Source: Planctomycetota bacterium
Lineage (GTDB): Bacteria; Planctomycetota; B15-G4
Length of the DNA: 64,000 bases
Assembly: GCA_038212275.1 (NCBI GenBank)
Contig: JBBQUR010000006.1
Location: 64,001-128,000 of the forward strand
Direction of reading: 5' to 3'
Shown here: positions 1 to 8,969 of the stretch, one piece after another
Layout of the letters: each line of letters starts with the position of its first letter
Numbering within the stretch: the first letter of the stretch is position 1
Notes under the pieces: model-generated
Seen by the model: the letters and a program-made list of their open reading frames with translations, nothing else
Database searches by the model: none
Told to the model about the DNA's origin: nothing
Made by a program: the position numbers and the translations under genes

Positions 1-664
1 GCCGCAGGTGCGTCCCGACGTCGTGGTGCGGCGCGTCGGCGAAGACTTCGAGATCTCGATCGAGAACGACTGGGTGCCCAATCTCGTGCTCTCGCGCTCT
101 TATCGTCAGATGGCCCGGGATCGAAGCGTGGACCCGGAATTGCGCAAGCACATCCGGGGCAAGCTCGACGGCGCGCAGTCGCTCATCGAGGCGATCGAGC
201 AGCGCAAGAACACGCTGTTCCGTGTCGCGAGCGAGCTGGTCAACCGACAGGCGGACTTCCTCGAGCACGGGCCGTCGGGCCTGCACCCGCTGCGCATGCA
301 GGAGGTGGCTGATGCGCTGGCAGTGCACGTGTCCACGGTGAGCCGTGCGATCTCCGGCAAGTACATGCAGACGCCCCGGGGCATCATCCCGATGAAGCTG
401 CTGTTCACCGGCGAGATCCCCTCGCGCGCGGGAAGCGCGTCGTCCACCGACGGAGACGAGACGGCGTCGCGAGCGGGCGTGCAGGAACTCGTCCGCGGGA
501 TCATCGGCGCGGAGGACGTTCGCGATCCGCTCTCGGACGAGTCGATCGTCGAGATCCTCAAGACGCGGCATGGTCTGGACATCGCGCGACGGACCGTGAC
601 CAAGTACAGGAAGGCCCTGCGCCTCGGGTCGTCGCGCGACCGGCGCGTCTACGGCCAGGCGTGA
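1..664 (+). CDS. rpoN: RNA polymerase sigma-54 factor (3' part, truncated by window start)
   Basis: HTH segment VHVSTVSRAISGKY and RpoN box ARRTVTKYR; followed by hpf/ptsN/ptsH as in canonical rpoN operons. Confidence 0.97.
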   Translation, partial: PQVRPDVVVRRVGEDFEISIENDWVPNLVLSRSYRQMARDRSVDPELRKHIRGKLDGAQSLIEAIEQRKNTLFRVASELVNRQADFLEHGPSGLHPLRMQEVADALAVHVSTVSRAISGKYMQTPRGIIPMKLLFTGEIPSRAGSASSTDGDETASRAGVQELVRGIIGAEDVRDPLSDESIVEILKTRHGLDIARRTVTKYRKALRLGSSRDRRVYGQA

Positions 665-1515
665 GCCACGGCGACGTCGCGGCGGACTCGCGCCGGCGCG
701 CTCTCCTGCTGGCCTACGACGGGGGGGCTTATGCCGGCTGGCAGGTGCAGCCGGACCAGCCGACGGTGCAGGGCCGGGTCGAGGCGGCGCTGGCAGCACT
801 GCTCCGGCAACCGGTGCGCATCAGCGGCTCGGGGCGCACCGACGCGGGCGTCCACGCCCTGGGACAGGTCGCGCACTTCGACGACATGCACGGCTTTCCC
901 CCCGGACGGCTCGCGGCGGCCCTCAACAGCCTGCTGCCTGCGGACATCCGCGTGCTCCGGGCGATGGTCGTCCCTCCCGAATTCCACGCGCTGCACAGCG
1001 TGGTGTCCAAGACATATCTCTACCAGTTGCACCTGTCCCCCGGCACGGGAGGTGCACGGGCGGCGCTTGCCTCGATGCCGCCACACCGCAGGCTCACCTT
1101 TCACGCGGTGCGCGGCGACCTCGACCTCGGGGCGATGCGCCGGGCGGCGCGGTTTCTGTGCGGGACGCACGACTTCACGGCGCTCAGCAAGGCGATGGTG
1201 GACGGGCGCGGCACCGTCAAGACGCTGACCGCGCTGCGCGTGCTCCGTGTTCCGGGTGGCGTGCGTGTCTTCGCGACGGCGGACGGCTTCCTCTACGGCA
1301 TGGTGCGACTGCTCTCCGGTCTGCTCGTGGAGGTCGGTCGCGGGAGGCGCGCGCCGGAGGACGTGCCGGCTCTGCTGGCCGCCGCCGATCGGTCACGCGC
1401 CCCGGCACTCCTTCCGGCATGCGGCCTCTTTCTCTGGAGAGTGCGCTATCCCGCGGGCATGTGCACTCACGGCGGGGCGGTCGCCTGCTATGCTGGCGAA
1501 GGACCGCGGCCGTGA
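661..1515 (+). CDS. truA: tRNA pseudouridine(38-40) synthase
   Basis: AYDGxxYxGWQ, GSGRTDAGVHALGQVAHF and FLYGMVR motifs; GTGA overlap with the rpoN stop. Confidence 0.96.
   Translation: MSHGDVAADSRRRALLLAYDGGAYAGWQVQPDQPTVQGRVEAALAALLRQPVRISGSGRTDAGVHALGQVAHFDDMHGFPPGRLAAALNSLLPADIRVLRAMVVPPEFHALHSVVSKTYLYQLHLSPGTGGARAALASMPPHRRLTFHAVRGDLDLGAMRRAARFLCGTHDFTALSKAMVDGRGTVKTLTALRVLRVPGGVRVFATADGFLYGMVRLLSGLLVEVGRGRRAPEDVPALLAAADRSRAPALLPACGLFLWRVRYPAGMCTHGGAVACYAGEGPRP
1486..1494 (+). promoter_or_regulatory. possible extended -10 promoter for hpf
   Basis: TGcTATGCT about 50 nt upstream of the hpf ATG. Confidence 0.3.
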
Positions 1516-1544
1516 GCGCCGCAACACGTCTCTGGGACCATCGC

Positions 1545-1865
1545 ATGACCCTGCGAATCGACTACACGGACCGGCACGAACACCACCCCGCCAGCGTGAA
1601 GGCCTACGCGCTCGAGAAGGCCGAGAAGATCGCGCGCTTTTTCGACGGCGTGAACCACATCGAGATCGTCCTCGACCGCGAGCACGACATGCACCGCTCC
1701 GAGATGATCGTCTCGGCCTCGCACAACCTTCGTCTCGTCGGGCACGCTTCGGCGGATTCCATCCTGGTGGCGATCGACTCCGCCGTGGACAAGCTCGAGC
1801 GGCAGGTCGTGAAGGCGAAGGAGCGGCTCAAGGATCATCACCGGAAGCCGGGGGACCGTGCCTGA
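1545..1865 (+). CDS. hpf: ribosome hibernation promoting factor / RaiA (short form)
   Basis: 106 aa from ATG 1545 (MTLRIDY...AIDSAVDKLERQVVKAKERL); rpoN operon context. The ORF-track start at 1158 is over-extended. Confidence 0.9.
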   Translation: MTLRIDYTDRHEHHPASVKAYALEKAEKIARFFDGVNHIEIVLDREHDMHRSEMIVSASHNLRLVGHASADSILVAIDSAVDKLERQVVKAKERLKDHHRKPGDRA

Positions 1866-1867
1866 CC

Positions 1868-2341
1868 ATGCCTGCTCCAGCCTCTTTCAGCGGCATGTTT
1901 TCCGTGGACGGCATCTGTCCAGCGCTGGCAGCCCGCAGCAAGGCGGAGGCGCTCGTGGAACTGGTCGACGTCGCAGTTGCCGGCGGCGTCCTGCCGCGTG
2001 CGCGCAAGGCGGAGGTCCTCGCGGCCCTCGAAGCGCGTGAAGAGCGCGGCTCCACGGGGCTGGGGCGCGGCATCGCCATTCCGCACGCCAAGATTCCCGG
2101 TCTTCGCAAGCACGCCGGGCTCATCGCACGCTCGGTCGACGGCCTCGAGTTTCGAGCCATCGACGGCGAGCCTGTCCATGTCCTCGTCATGCTCATTTCG
2201 CCCGAGTCCCGCTCCGACGAGCATCTGGAGCTCCTGCGATTCATCTCGCGCATCGCGCGTGATCCCGACTTCCCGAGCTTCATCCGCCAGGCACGGACTG
2301 CCCAGGAGATGCTGGACGTGATCCTGGAGCGGGGCGCCTGA
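1868..2341 (+). CDS. ptsN: PTS EIIA (nitrogen-regulatory/fructose type)
   Basis: REERGSTGLGRGIAIPHAK phospho-His motif; FRAIDGEPV. Confidence 0.9.
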   Translation: MPAPASFSGMFSVDGICPALAARSKAEALVELVDVAVAGGVLPRARKAEVLAALEAREERGSTGLGRGIAIPHAKIPGLRKHAGLIARSVDGLEFRAIDGEPVHVLVMLISPESRSDEHLELLRFISRIARDPDFPSFIRQARTAQEMLDVILERGA

Positions 2342-2377
2342 CGCCGCCGAGCATGCCGGGTCCTGGGAGTTTCGCGG

Positions 2378-2650
2378 GTGAGTGAGAGAGTCGTCGTGCG
2401 GATTCTGAACCGGCAGGGGCTGCACGCGCGGCCGATCAGCCGGTTCGTGCAAACCGTCGCCAAGTACCAGGCCAAGGTGTCCGTGACGGGGCCCGATGGC
2501 ACCGTGGCGGACGGTGCGAGCGTGTTCTCGATGATGACCCTGGCCGCGGGCCACGGGTGCGAACTCGTGCTCGAGGCCGACGGAGGGCAGGCGCGCGAGG
2601 CGCTGGCTGCGCTGGCCTCGCTCGTTGCCGAGGGATTCGGAGAAAAGTAG
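2378..2650 (+). CDS. ptsH: HPr/NPr phosphocarrier protein
   Basis: NRQGLHARP (His15 site) and DGASVFSMMTL (Ser46 region). Confidence 0.93.
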   Translation: MSERVVVRILNRQGLHARPISRFVQTVAKYQAKVSVTGPDGTVADGASVFSMMTLAAGHGCELVLEADGGQAREALAALASLVAEGFGEK

Positions 2651-2755
2651 TCGCGCCGCCGTTGTTCGCGCCGCTGACGATCCCTTATCATCCGCGCGCC
2701 TTGCAGGCTTCATCCGCATGATGCGGTGGCTCGCAGGCTAAGACTCTGGATCGGC

Positions 2756-3502
2756 ATGGTGGAACAGGTATCCCGGTATCCCCTCGCGTTGTGTCTCTCC
2801 AAGGACGGAGATGCGCGCTTTCTGGGGCACCTGGACCTGGGCCGGCTCATCGAGCGTTCGCTGCGCCGCAGCGGCCTCCCGATCCAGTGCACTCAAGGAT
2901 TCAACCCGCGTTTCAGGCTTTCCTTCGCCGAGGCACTCCCTGTCGGAGTGGCGTCGGAGGGGGAGTGGATCAGCCTGACATTGGACGAGGATCTCCCACC
3001 GGACACGGTACGGGCGCGGCTTTCGCCGGCGCTCCCCGAGTGCGTCCGCCTGGTGGACGTGCGGAAGGGCTCGCTGCCCGCCCCCGCGCCCACTGTGCGA
3101 TACCGCCTCGACGTGCTCGGTGACCCGGGATCCGCAACCGACGCGCTCACCGCATTGCTGACGTGCGACAGCTTCCTCGTGGACGACCTCCGTCGCGCCG
3201 CGCCCATCGACGTCCGGCCCATGCTGGCCGGCGGTGAGGCGCAGGGCGGATGCCTGCTGCTGGAGCTGGTCACCGTGAACCACCGACCTCCGCGACCGAC
3301 GTTCGTGATCGCCGCCCTGACTGCCCTGGCAGTTCAGGCCGGCCTTCCCGCGCCCCGGTTCGGAGCATGCACCAGGCTCTGCGCGGTCGAGCGTCGTCAA
3401 GGAGAAGACAAGTGGGACGACGACGACGCGGCGGAGGCCAGCAACGGGCCGCCGGACGCAAACTGCTCATCAATTCCCGAGAGACTGCCGAGAGCCGGAT
3501 AG
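2756..3502 (+). CDS. radical SAM-associated protein (DUF2344/TIGR03936-like)
   Basis: SKDGDARFLGHLDL...TQGFNPRFRLSFAEALPVGVAS; usual position upstream of rng/rne. Confidence 0.85.
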   Translation: MVEQVSRYPLALCLSKDGDARFLGHLDLGRLIERSLRRSGLPIQCTQGFNPRFRLSFAEALPVGVASEGEWISLTLDEDLPPDTVRARLSPALPECVRLVDVRKGSLPAPAPTVRYRLDVLGDPGSATDALTALLTCDSFLVDDLRRAAPIDVRPMLAGGEAQGGCLLLELVTVNHRPPRPTFVIAALTALAVQAGLPAPRFGACTRLCAVERRQGEDKWDDDDAAEASNGPPDANCSSIPERLPRAG

Positions 3503-5847
3503 CGGTTCTCGAGGGCACGCGCCTCGAGGAGTACTACATCGAGCGCGGTTCGCTGAACAGCACGCTCGGGAACATCTACAAGGCGCGCATCTCGAACATC
3601 GAGAAGTCGATCGGCGCGGCCTTCGTCGAGTTCGGACATCACAGGCAGGGCTTCCTGCACGTGTCCGACCTGTGCATGGCGGCTGTGGGCGAGAACGCCC
3701 GCGGCCTGCTGGCTGATGTTCAGGCGGCTCGAGAAAATGCACACGACGACGACGTCGTGGACGTCGCCGGCACGCCGGGCGTCGAGGTCGAAGTGGCTCC
3801 CGCTTCGAGCGAGCCCGTGCTCGCCGAGGAACTGGTTCCGGACAGCGCAGGCAGTGCGGCGGACGCCGAAGGCGATGGCGCTCACGACGGCGACACGGAC
3901 GGCGATGGCGACGGCGCGGACCATGACCAGTCGAGTGGCAGCCTCGAGTTGTCACCGCGCGAGGGCCACGGTGACGAGGAGAGTGACTCGCGCAGATCGC
4001 CGCGTGCCGCGGCCGCCGATGCGTCGGCCGACGACGAGGCGCAGGCCCCCGCGAAGGCCGAGAGCCTCGCCTTCAGTCACGGCCACTGGCAGGATTCGGA
4101 CGACGATGACGGCGAGCCCGATGCGGACCGCAGTCAAGGCTCTGCCGCCGACTCGGAGCGCGCAGAAGCTGACCCCGAAGAGGGCGAGGACGACGAGGGC
4201 GAGGACGACGACGACGACGAAGAGGAAGGGGCGGAGGACGACGACGACGCTCCGGCAGGGGGCTCGCACCTTGCATCGGGTGACCGCGAGAGCGGGGATT
4301 CCGACGCGACGGGAGATGCCTCGGGCGAACACACAGAGGGAGGAGCGCCAGCCGACGCGGCCGGACTGTCCGGTGCCGATGGGTCCGCCACCAGCGACGC
4401 TGAGTCGGATGCCGATGGTGGCCGACGTGGTCGCGACCGAGGCCGCCGCGGAAGACGCCGTGGCCGGCGTTCCGGCGGTGCGACCGGTACTGCCCAGGTC
4501 AGCGCTCAAACTGGCGCCGTCGGCACCAGAAATGGGGGCGGAGGCGGACGCGGCAGCCAGGGCGGGAGCGGCGGGGGGGGCGGGCGTTCTCGCGAGCCGC
4601 GCCTTATGCCGCCGATCCACGAGATCCTGCAGAAGGGGCAGGAGATCGTGGTGCAGGTCATCAAGGACGGCATCGGCACGAAGGGGCCGACGCTCACCAC
4701 GTACCTCTCCATCCCGGGCCGATTCGTCGTGCTCATGCCGGGTATCAACAAGCGGGGCGTGTCACGCAAGGTCGTGGACAACGCGGAACGCGAGCGACTC
4801 AAGGACATCGTCCGCGAACTCGAGGTGCCCGAGGATCTCGGCTTCATTGTCCGCACGGCCGGGACGGGCGCCACGCGGGAAGATCTTCAGCGGGATCTGG
4901 ACTACCTGCTGAGGCTCTGGGACCAGATGAAGGTGCGCATCCGGGAGTTCAATGCTCCCGTGCTCCTGTATCAGGAAAACGATCTGGTCATCCGCACGCT
5001 GCGCGACCTCTACGACGGGCAAGGCGAGATCATCATCGATGACCGCGCCACCGTGGAAAAGGCCAAGCAGTTCATGTCGGAAATCATGCCTCGTTGCGTG
5101 GATCTCGTCCGGCTCTACGACGGTGAGCGGCCACTCTTCAACTTCTTCGGGGTCGAGGCCGAAATCGCGGCGCTGCTCACGGCGCGCATCGAACTGAAGT
5201 CCGGCGGTTCGCTCATCATCGAGCAGACCGAGGCGCTCGTCGCCATCGACGTGAACTCAGGGCGCTTCAAGGCGTCAGGGGGCAGTGGCATCGAAGACAC
5301 GGCCTTCCTCGTCAACAGCGAGGCGGCCATCGAAGTGGCTCGGCAGATCCGATTGCGGGACCTCGGCGGCGTCGTCGTCGTCGACTTCATCGACATGCGC
5401 AGCGAGAAGCACCGCAAGGCGCTGGAGAACATCTTCAAGGACGCCCTGCGCCGCGATCGCGCGCGCATCAAGGTCGCACGCATCTCGCCGTTCGGGATCA
5501 TCGAGCTCACGCGGCAGCGCGTGCGGCCGAGCCTCAAGCGGTCCGTGCACCAGAAGTGCCCATACTGTGCCGGAACGGGTTACATTCCTTCCGACGAGAC
5601 CTCCTGCCTCTCGGTCATTCGCGAGATCCGCGAGAACCTGTCGAGACCGGGCTCGGTGCTCGTCGTGACCGTACGGCCGGAGGTGGCGGAGGCTGTCGTC
5701 AACCAGGAACGGAAGGTGCTCGTGGAGCTCGAGCACCAGTCGCGCAAGCAGATCTTCGTGAGGAGCGACCACCGGCTGGCCTATGAGGACGTCGAAATCC
5801 GGGCCATGGTCGCCCTTCCCGAGGACATGGACCACCGGCGGGCCTGA
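3412..5847 (+). CDS. rne: ribonuclease E/G family protein with long insertion in the S1 domain
   Basis: GNIYKARI, AAFVEFG, GFLHVSD, KGQEIVVQVIKDGIGTKGP, AIDVNSG, RLRDLGG, DFIDM, CPYC zinc link; GTG start at 3412 after SD AAGGAG. Confidence 0.95.
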   Translation: MGRRRRGGGQQRAAGRKLLINSRETAESRIAVLEGTRLEEYYIERGSLNSTLGNIYKARISNIEKSIGAAFVEFGHHRQGFLHVSDLCMAAVGENARGLLADVQAARENAHDDDVVDVAGTPGVEVEVAPASSEPVLAEELVPDSAGSAADAEGDGAHDGDTDGDGDGADHDQSSGSLELSPREGHGDEESDSRRSPRAAAADASADDEAQAPAKAESLAFSHGHWQDSDDDDGEPDADRSQGSAADSERAEADPEEGEDDEGEDDDDDEEEGAEDDDDAPAGGSHLASGDRESGDSDATGDASGEHTEGGAPADAAGLSGADGSATSDAESDADGGRRGRDRGRRGRRRGRRSGGATGTAQVSAQTGAVGTRNGGGGGRGSQGGSGGGGGRSREPRLMPPIHEILQKGQEIVVQVIKDGIGTKGPTLTTYLSIPGRFVVLMPGINKRGVSRKVVDNAERERLKDIVRELEVPEDLGFIVRTAGTGATREDLQRDLDYLLRLWDQMKVRIREFNAPVLLYQENDLVIRTLRDLYDGQGEIIIDDRATVEKAKQFMSEIMPRCVDLVRLYDGERPLFNFFGVEAEIAALLTARIELKSGGSLIIEQTEALVAIDVNSGRFKASGGSGIEDTAFLVNSEAAIEVARQIRLRDLGGVVVVDFIDMRSEKHRKALENIFKDALRRDRARIKVARISPFGIIELTRQRVRPSLKRSVHQKCPYCAGTGYIPSDETSCLSVIREIRENLSRPGSVLVVTVRPEVAEAVVNQERKVLVELEHQSRKQIFVRSDHRLAYEDVEIRAMVALPEDMDHRRA

Positions 5848-5858
5848 CGGCTGTCGAG

Positions 5859-5893
5859 TCGGGTTCGGGAAGCCAAGCGCTTTCCGGGCCCGA
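5859..5893 (+). terminator. GC-rich RNA hairpin after rne stop (terminator or 3' stabiliser; no U-tract)
   Basis: tcgggttcgggaagc / caagc / gctttccgggcccga gives a 15-bp stem with three G-U pairs on the + strand. Confidence 0.5.
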
Positions 5894-5910
5894 GCGGCGG
5901 ATCGCGTGGC

Positions 5911-5938
5911 TTGACCAGCGGGCGCCGATACCTAGGAT
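5911..5938 (+). promoter_or_regulatory. sigma-70 promoter for rplU-rpmA-obgE
   Basis: TTGACC-N16-TAGGAT. Confidence 0.6.
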
Positions 5939-6016
5939 GGTCCCCCTTCCGTCGCGGAAAACCGCGGTCCCCCGTGGGACGTCCGGTGCTTCGTCCGAGT
6001 GTCCAAGGAGCGTGCT

Positions 6017-6322
6017 GTGCAGGCCATCATCAGTGATCGTGGGCGTCAGTACCCCGTGAACGACGGCGACACCCTTGTGGTCGACCTCATTGCGGACGCC
6101 GAGCCCGGCGCCGAACTTCTGTTCGAGCAGGTTCTCGTTCTGGGTGACCAGATCGGAACGCCCTTCGTTTCGGGCGCGTCCGTGAAGGCACGGATCGTGG
6201 ACCACTTCAAGGGCCCGAAGATGTACGTGGAGAAGTTTCGTCGGCGCAAGAATTACCGGCGCCGCGTGGGGCACCGCCAGCAGTTCACCCGAATCACGAT
6301 CGCATCCATCACCGGCGCTTGA
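6017..6322 (+). CDS. rplU: 50S ribosomal protein L21
   Basis: AIISDRGRQY..., KFRRRKNYRRRVGHRQQFT; SD AAGGAG before GTG 6017. Confidence 0.97.
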   Translation: MQAIISDRGRQYPVNDGDTLVVDLIADAEPGAELLFEQVLVLGDQIGTPFVSGASVKARIVDHFKGPKMYVEKFRRRKNYRRRVGHRQQFTRITIASITGA

Positions 6323-6355
6323 TCGCAAGCTGCGCAGACAGGGAGCTACAGGGAC

Positions 6356-6613
6356 ATGGCACACAAGAAGGGTCAGGGCAGTTCGCGCAACGGTCGCGAC
6401 AGCAACGCTCAGCACCGCGGCCTCAAGCGCTACGGCGGAGAGGTTGTCCAGGCCGGAACCATCATCGTGCGGCAGGTCGGGTCCAACTTCCACGCGGGCC
6501 TGAACGTCGGGACCGGTCGGGACTTCACCCTGTTTGCGCTGAAGGATGGCGTGGTCCGCTTCGGAACTCGTCGACGAGTCCACGTTGACGAGTCGCTCGT
6601 CTCCGAGAACTGA
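6356..6613 (+). CDS. rpmA: 50S ribosomal protein L27
   Basis: [16 protein letters not shown]. Confidence 0.99.
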   Translation: MAHKKGQGSSRNGRDSNAQHRGLKRYGGEVVQAGTIIVRQVGSNFHAGLNVGTGRDFTLFALKDGVVRFGTRRRVHVDESLVSEN

Positions 6614-6648
6614 TCCGTCGCTGAGCGCGACGGTTCGGGAACTCCCGC

Positions 6649-7782
6649 ATGTTCATCGACGAGACCGAGTTCGCGGTCTCGTCGGGTCGTGGAGGGGACG
6701 GCATCGTCTCCTTCCGCAGGGAGAAGTTCGTGCCGCGCGGCGGGCCGGACGGCGGCGACGGCGGGCGCGGCGGCGATGTGGTGCTGCGCTCCTCCATCCA
6801 CGTGGGCACCCTCGCGGGGCTGCAGCATCGTCGCCACTACCGAGGAGGCAACGGTCGGCCCGGCGGCGCGAACAATCGAACCGGGCGCGATGGCGAATCG
6901 CTGCTGATCGAGGTGCCCGTGGGCACGCTCGTGCGGGATCGCGAGCGTGGCCATGTCCTGCGTGATCTTTCAGCACCCGACATGGAGTTCGTGGTCGTCG
7001 CAGGAGGCCGTGGGGGCAAGGGGAACAAGCACTTCGCCCACTCCACGAATCAGACGCCGCGTCGGGCCACTCTTGGTCAGGAGGGACAGGCGCGCGAACT
7101 GAAGCTCGAGTTGCGGCTGGTTGCCGATGTCGGGCTCGTGGGACTGCCCAACGCCGGCAAGTCCACCTTCCTGAGCCGGGTCTCTGCGGCTCGCCCCAAG
7201 GTCGCGGATTACCCCTTCACGACGCTTGAGCCGGTGCTCGGCATCGTGAATCGAGATGAAATCAGCCTCGTCGTCGCCGACATTCCGGGCCTGATCGAGG
7301 GCGCCCACGCGGGAGCAGGTCTCGGCGATCGCTTCCTGAGGCATGTCGCCCGCACCCGAGTCCTGTTGCATCTTGTCGATGCCAGCGAAGGGGCGGAGGC
7401 CGCGATCAAGGCCAGCCAGACGATTCGCTCCGAGCTGGAACTCTCCGGCTTGGGACTTCAGGACAAGCCCACGGTTGTCGCGCTGTCGCGCGCGGATACT
7501 GTCGAGGATCCCGAGTCTATCGCCAGCAGCCTGGCTGGCGTCGTCGGGCAGCCGGTTCTGGTGCTGTCGGCGCACACGGGAGTTGGCGTTGCCGAGGTCC
7601 TGGGACGCCTGGCGCGCGTTCTGTCGGAGTTGCCCCGCCCTGTGCTTCCGCCCCGCGAGGTGCCCCCGGAGTTCACCGATTCCCAAGCGACGCTGCCCCT
7701 CACCGAAGCTGATGACCGTGACGGGGAAGACGCCGCGGATCCAGGGGACATGGACGCCCCTCCGTCGGACTCAGGGCCGTAG
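6649..7782 (+). CDS. obgE: GTPase Obg/CgtA
   Basis: FRREKFVPRGGPDGGDGG Obg fold, GLPNAGKST, YPFTT, DIPGLIEGAH. Confidence 0.98.
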   Translation: MFIDETEFAVSSGRGGDGIVSFRREKFVPRGGPDGGDGGRGGDVVLRSSIHVGTLAGLQHRRHYRGGNGRPGGANNRTGRDGESLLIEVPVGTLVRDRERGHVLRDLSAPDMEFVVVAGGRGGKGNKHFAHSTNQTPRRATLGQEGQARELKLELRLVADVGLVGLPNAGKSTFLSRVSAARPKVADYPFTTLEPVLGIVNRDEISLVVADIPGLIEGAHAGAGLGDRFLRHVARTRVLLHLVDASEGAEAAIKASQTIRSELELSGLGLQDKPTVVALSRADTVEDPESIASSLAGVVGQPVLVLSAHTGVGVAEVLGRLARVLSELPRPVLPPREVPPEFTDSQATLPLTEADDRDGEDAADPGDMDAPPSDSGP

Positions 7783-7869
7783 CTAGCGAGGCTTTTGCAG
7801 GTTCCGGGAAGACGGGTTCCTCGGTCGCGTCCAAGCGATGATGCATCGCTCAGCCGACCAGTCGTTGCA

Positions 7870-7899
7870 TTGAGGCGCCGCGGCCGGCACCCTTAGAAT
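7870..7899 (+). promoter_or_regulatory. sigma-70-like promoter for the GspC-like/coaX/mnmE-like operon
   Basis: TTGAGG-N18-TAGAAT, SD GAAAGG before ATG 7923. Confidence 0.45.
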
Positions 7900-7922
7900 G
7901 GCGCGGTACCGAAAGGTTCAAC

Positions 7923-8969
7923 ATGCAATTGCGCGTGAACATTCGAAGGATCAAGCTGCTCGTCTGGCTGCTGTGCGCCCTGACGTTTCTGTACGCAGGC
8001 TACACTTTCTACGAAATTTATTCGGACAAGGTCGCAGGGCGATACAGCGCTCGCAAATCGACGATTTTCGCCGACCTCCTGACGCACAACGTGAACGCGA
8101 ATTCGTTGAACCCTCGCGCCGGCAAGGAAGGTTTCTACCCGGAAGATCGTTACAAAAAACTCTGGGATGCACTCGTCGACGGGTCGGTACGCCCGGTCGA
8201 CGCCGGGCCGGTTGCGCCTGTGGAGCCGGCGCTACCGCAGTTTGTCCTGCCCGATCTTTCGGCGATCATTCACATCGGGCTCGTGGTCTACAGCAAGAGC
8301 CCGGTAGAGCGATTCGTAGCGCTGTCTTACGTTGCCGATGCCGCCAAGGGGGGAGGAGGTGCGCCGGGAGGAGCGCCGCCCACCGCAGGCAAGGAGGTAA
8401 GACTGCACCTGTCGGAGGGTGATCCGCTCAAGCCGCCCTACGATGCTGGGTACTACAACGGCAAGGTGCTGCGCATCGGCTTGCAGGAGGTGGTTTTCCA
8501 GTGGGGTGAGACCGAAGTCACCTTGACACCCAGTCTCGGCAGCGAGGGCGGAGGCCAGACCCTTGACCAATTCAAGGTTGCGCCGAGCATCGATCCGACT
8601 GCGGGCGTCCAGAAGGCACCTGATGACTCGGTCGAAGTGGCGCCTGGTCACTGGATCATCGGGACGAAGGACATTTCGCGTATGAAGCACGACCCGCAGG
8701 CCTTCATGAGCGAGGAACTGAACGTTCACTCCGTCACGGGTGTCTCGAGCGGTCGCACAGAACTTGAAGTCAGTGAAGTCAAAGCTGGATCACTCGCCGC
8801 CCAATACGGGGTGAAGACAGGCGACAAGATCATCTCCGTCAATGGATTTCCGATGAGCAGCGTCTCTGCCGCGATCAACTGGGCGAAAGCCAATCCAGAC
8901 CTGCCGATGTACGTCATCGCATACGAGCACGCAGGACAGTTGAAAACGGTCACGATTCACGTGAAGTGA
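7923..8969 (+). CDS. GspC-like (type II secretion protein C) bitopic membrane protein with C-terminal PDZ domain
   Basis: N-terminal TM (LLVWLLCALTFLYAGYTFY), HR-like segment GKVLRIGLQEVVF, PDZ VKAGSLAAQYGVKTGDKIISVNG. Confidence 0.6.
   Translation: MQLRVNIRRIKLLVWLLCALTFLYAGYTFYEIYSDKVAGRYSARKSTIFADLLTHNVNANSLNPRAGKEGFYPEDRYKKLWDALVDGSVRPVDAGPVAPVEPALPQFVLPDLSAIIHIGLVVYSKSPVERFVALSYVADAAKGGGGAPGGAPPTAGKEVRLHLSEGDPLKPPYDAGYYNGKVLRIGLQEVVFQWGETEVTLTPSLGSEGGGQTLDQFKVAPSIDPTAGVQKAPDDSVEVAPGHWIIGTKDISRMKHDPQAFMSEELNVHSVTGVSSGRTELEVSEVKAGSLAAQYGVKTGDKIISVNGFPMSSVSAAINWAKANPDLPMYVIAYEHAGQLKTVTIHVK

Noticed and set aside
1158..1867. N-terminally extended or fused Hpf and PtsN ORFs in the track (also extended OppB, OppD, ComM and GT-C ORFs)
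   Set aside because: Extensions overlap neighbouring real genes and are low-complexity Arg/Ala/Pro readthrough; internal starts fit family lengths
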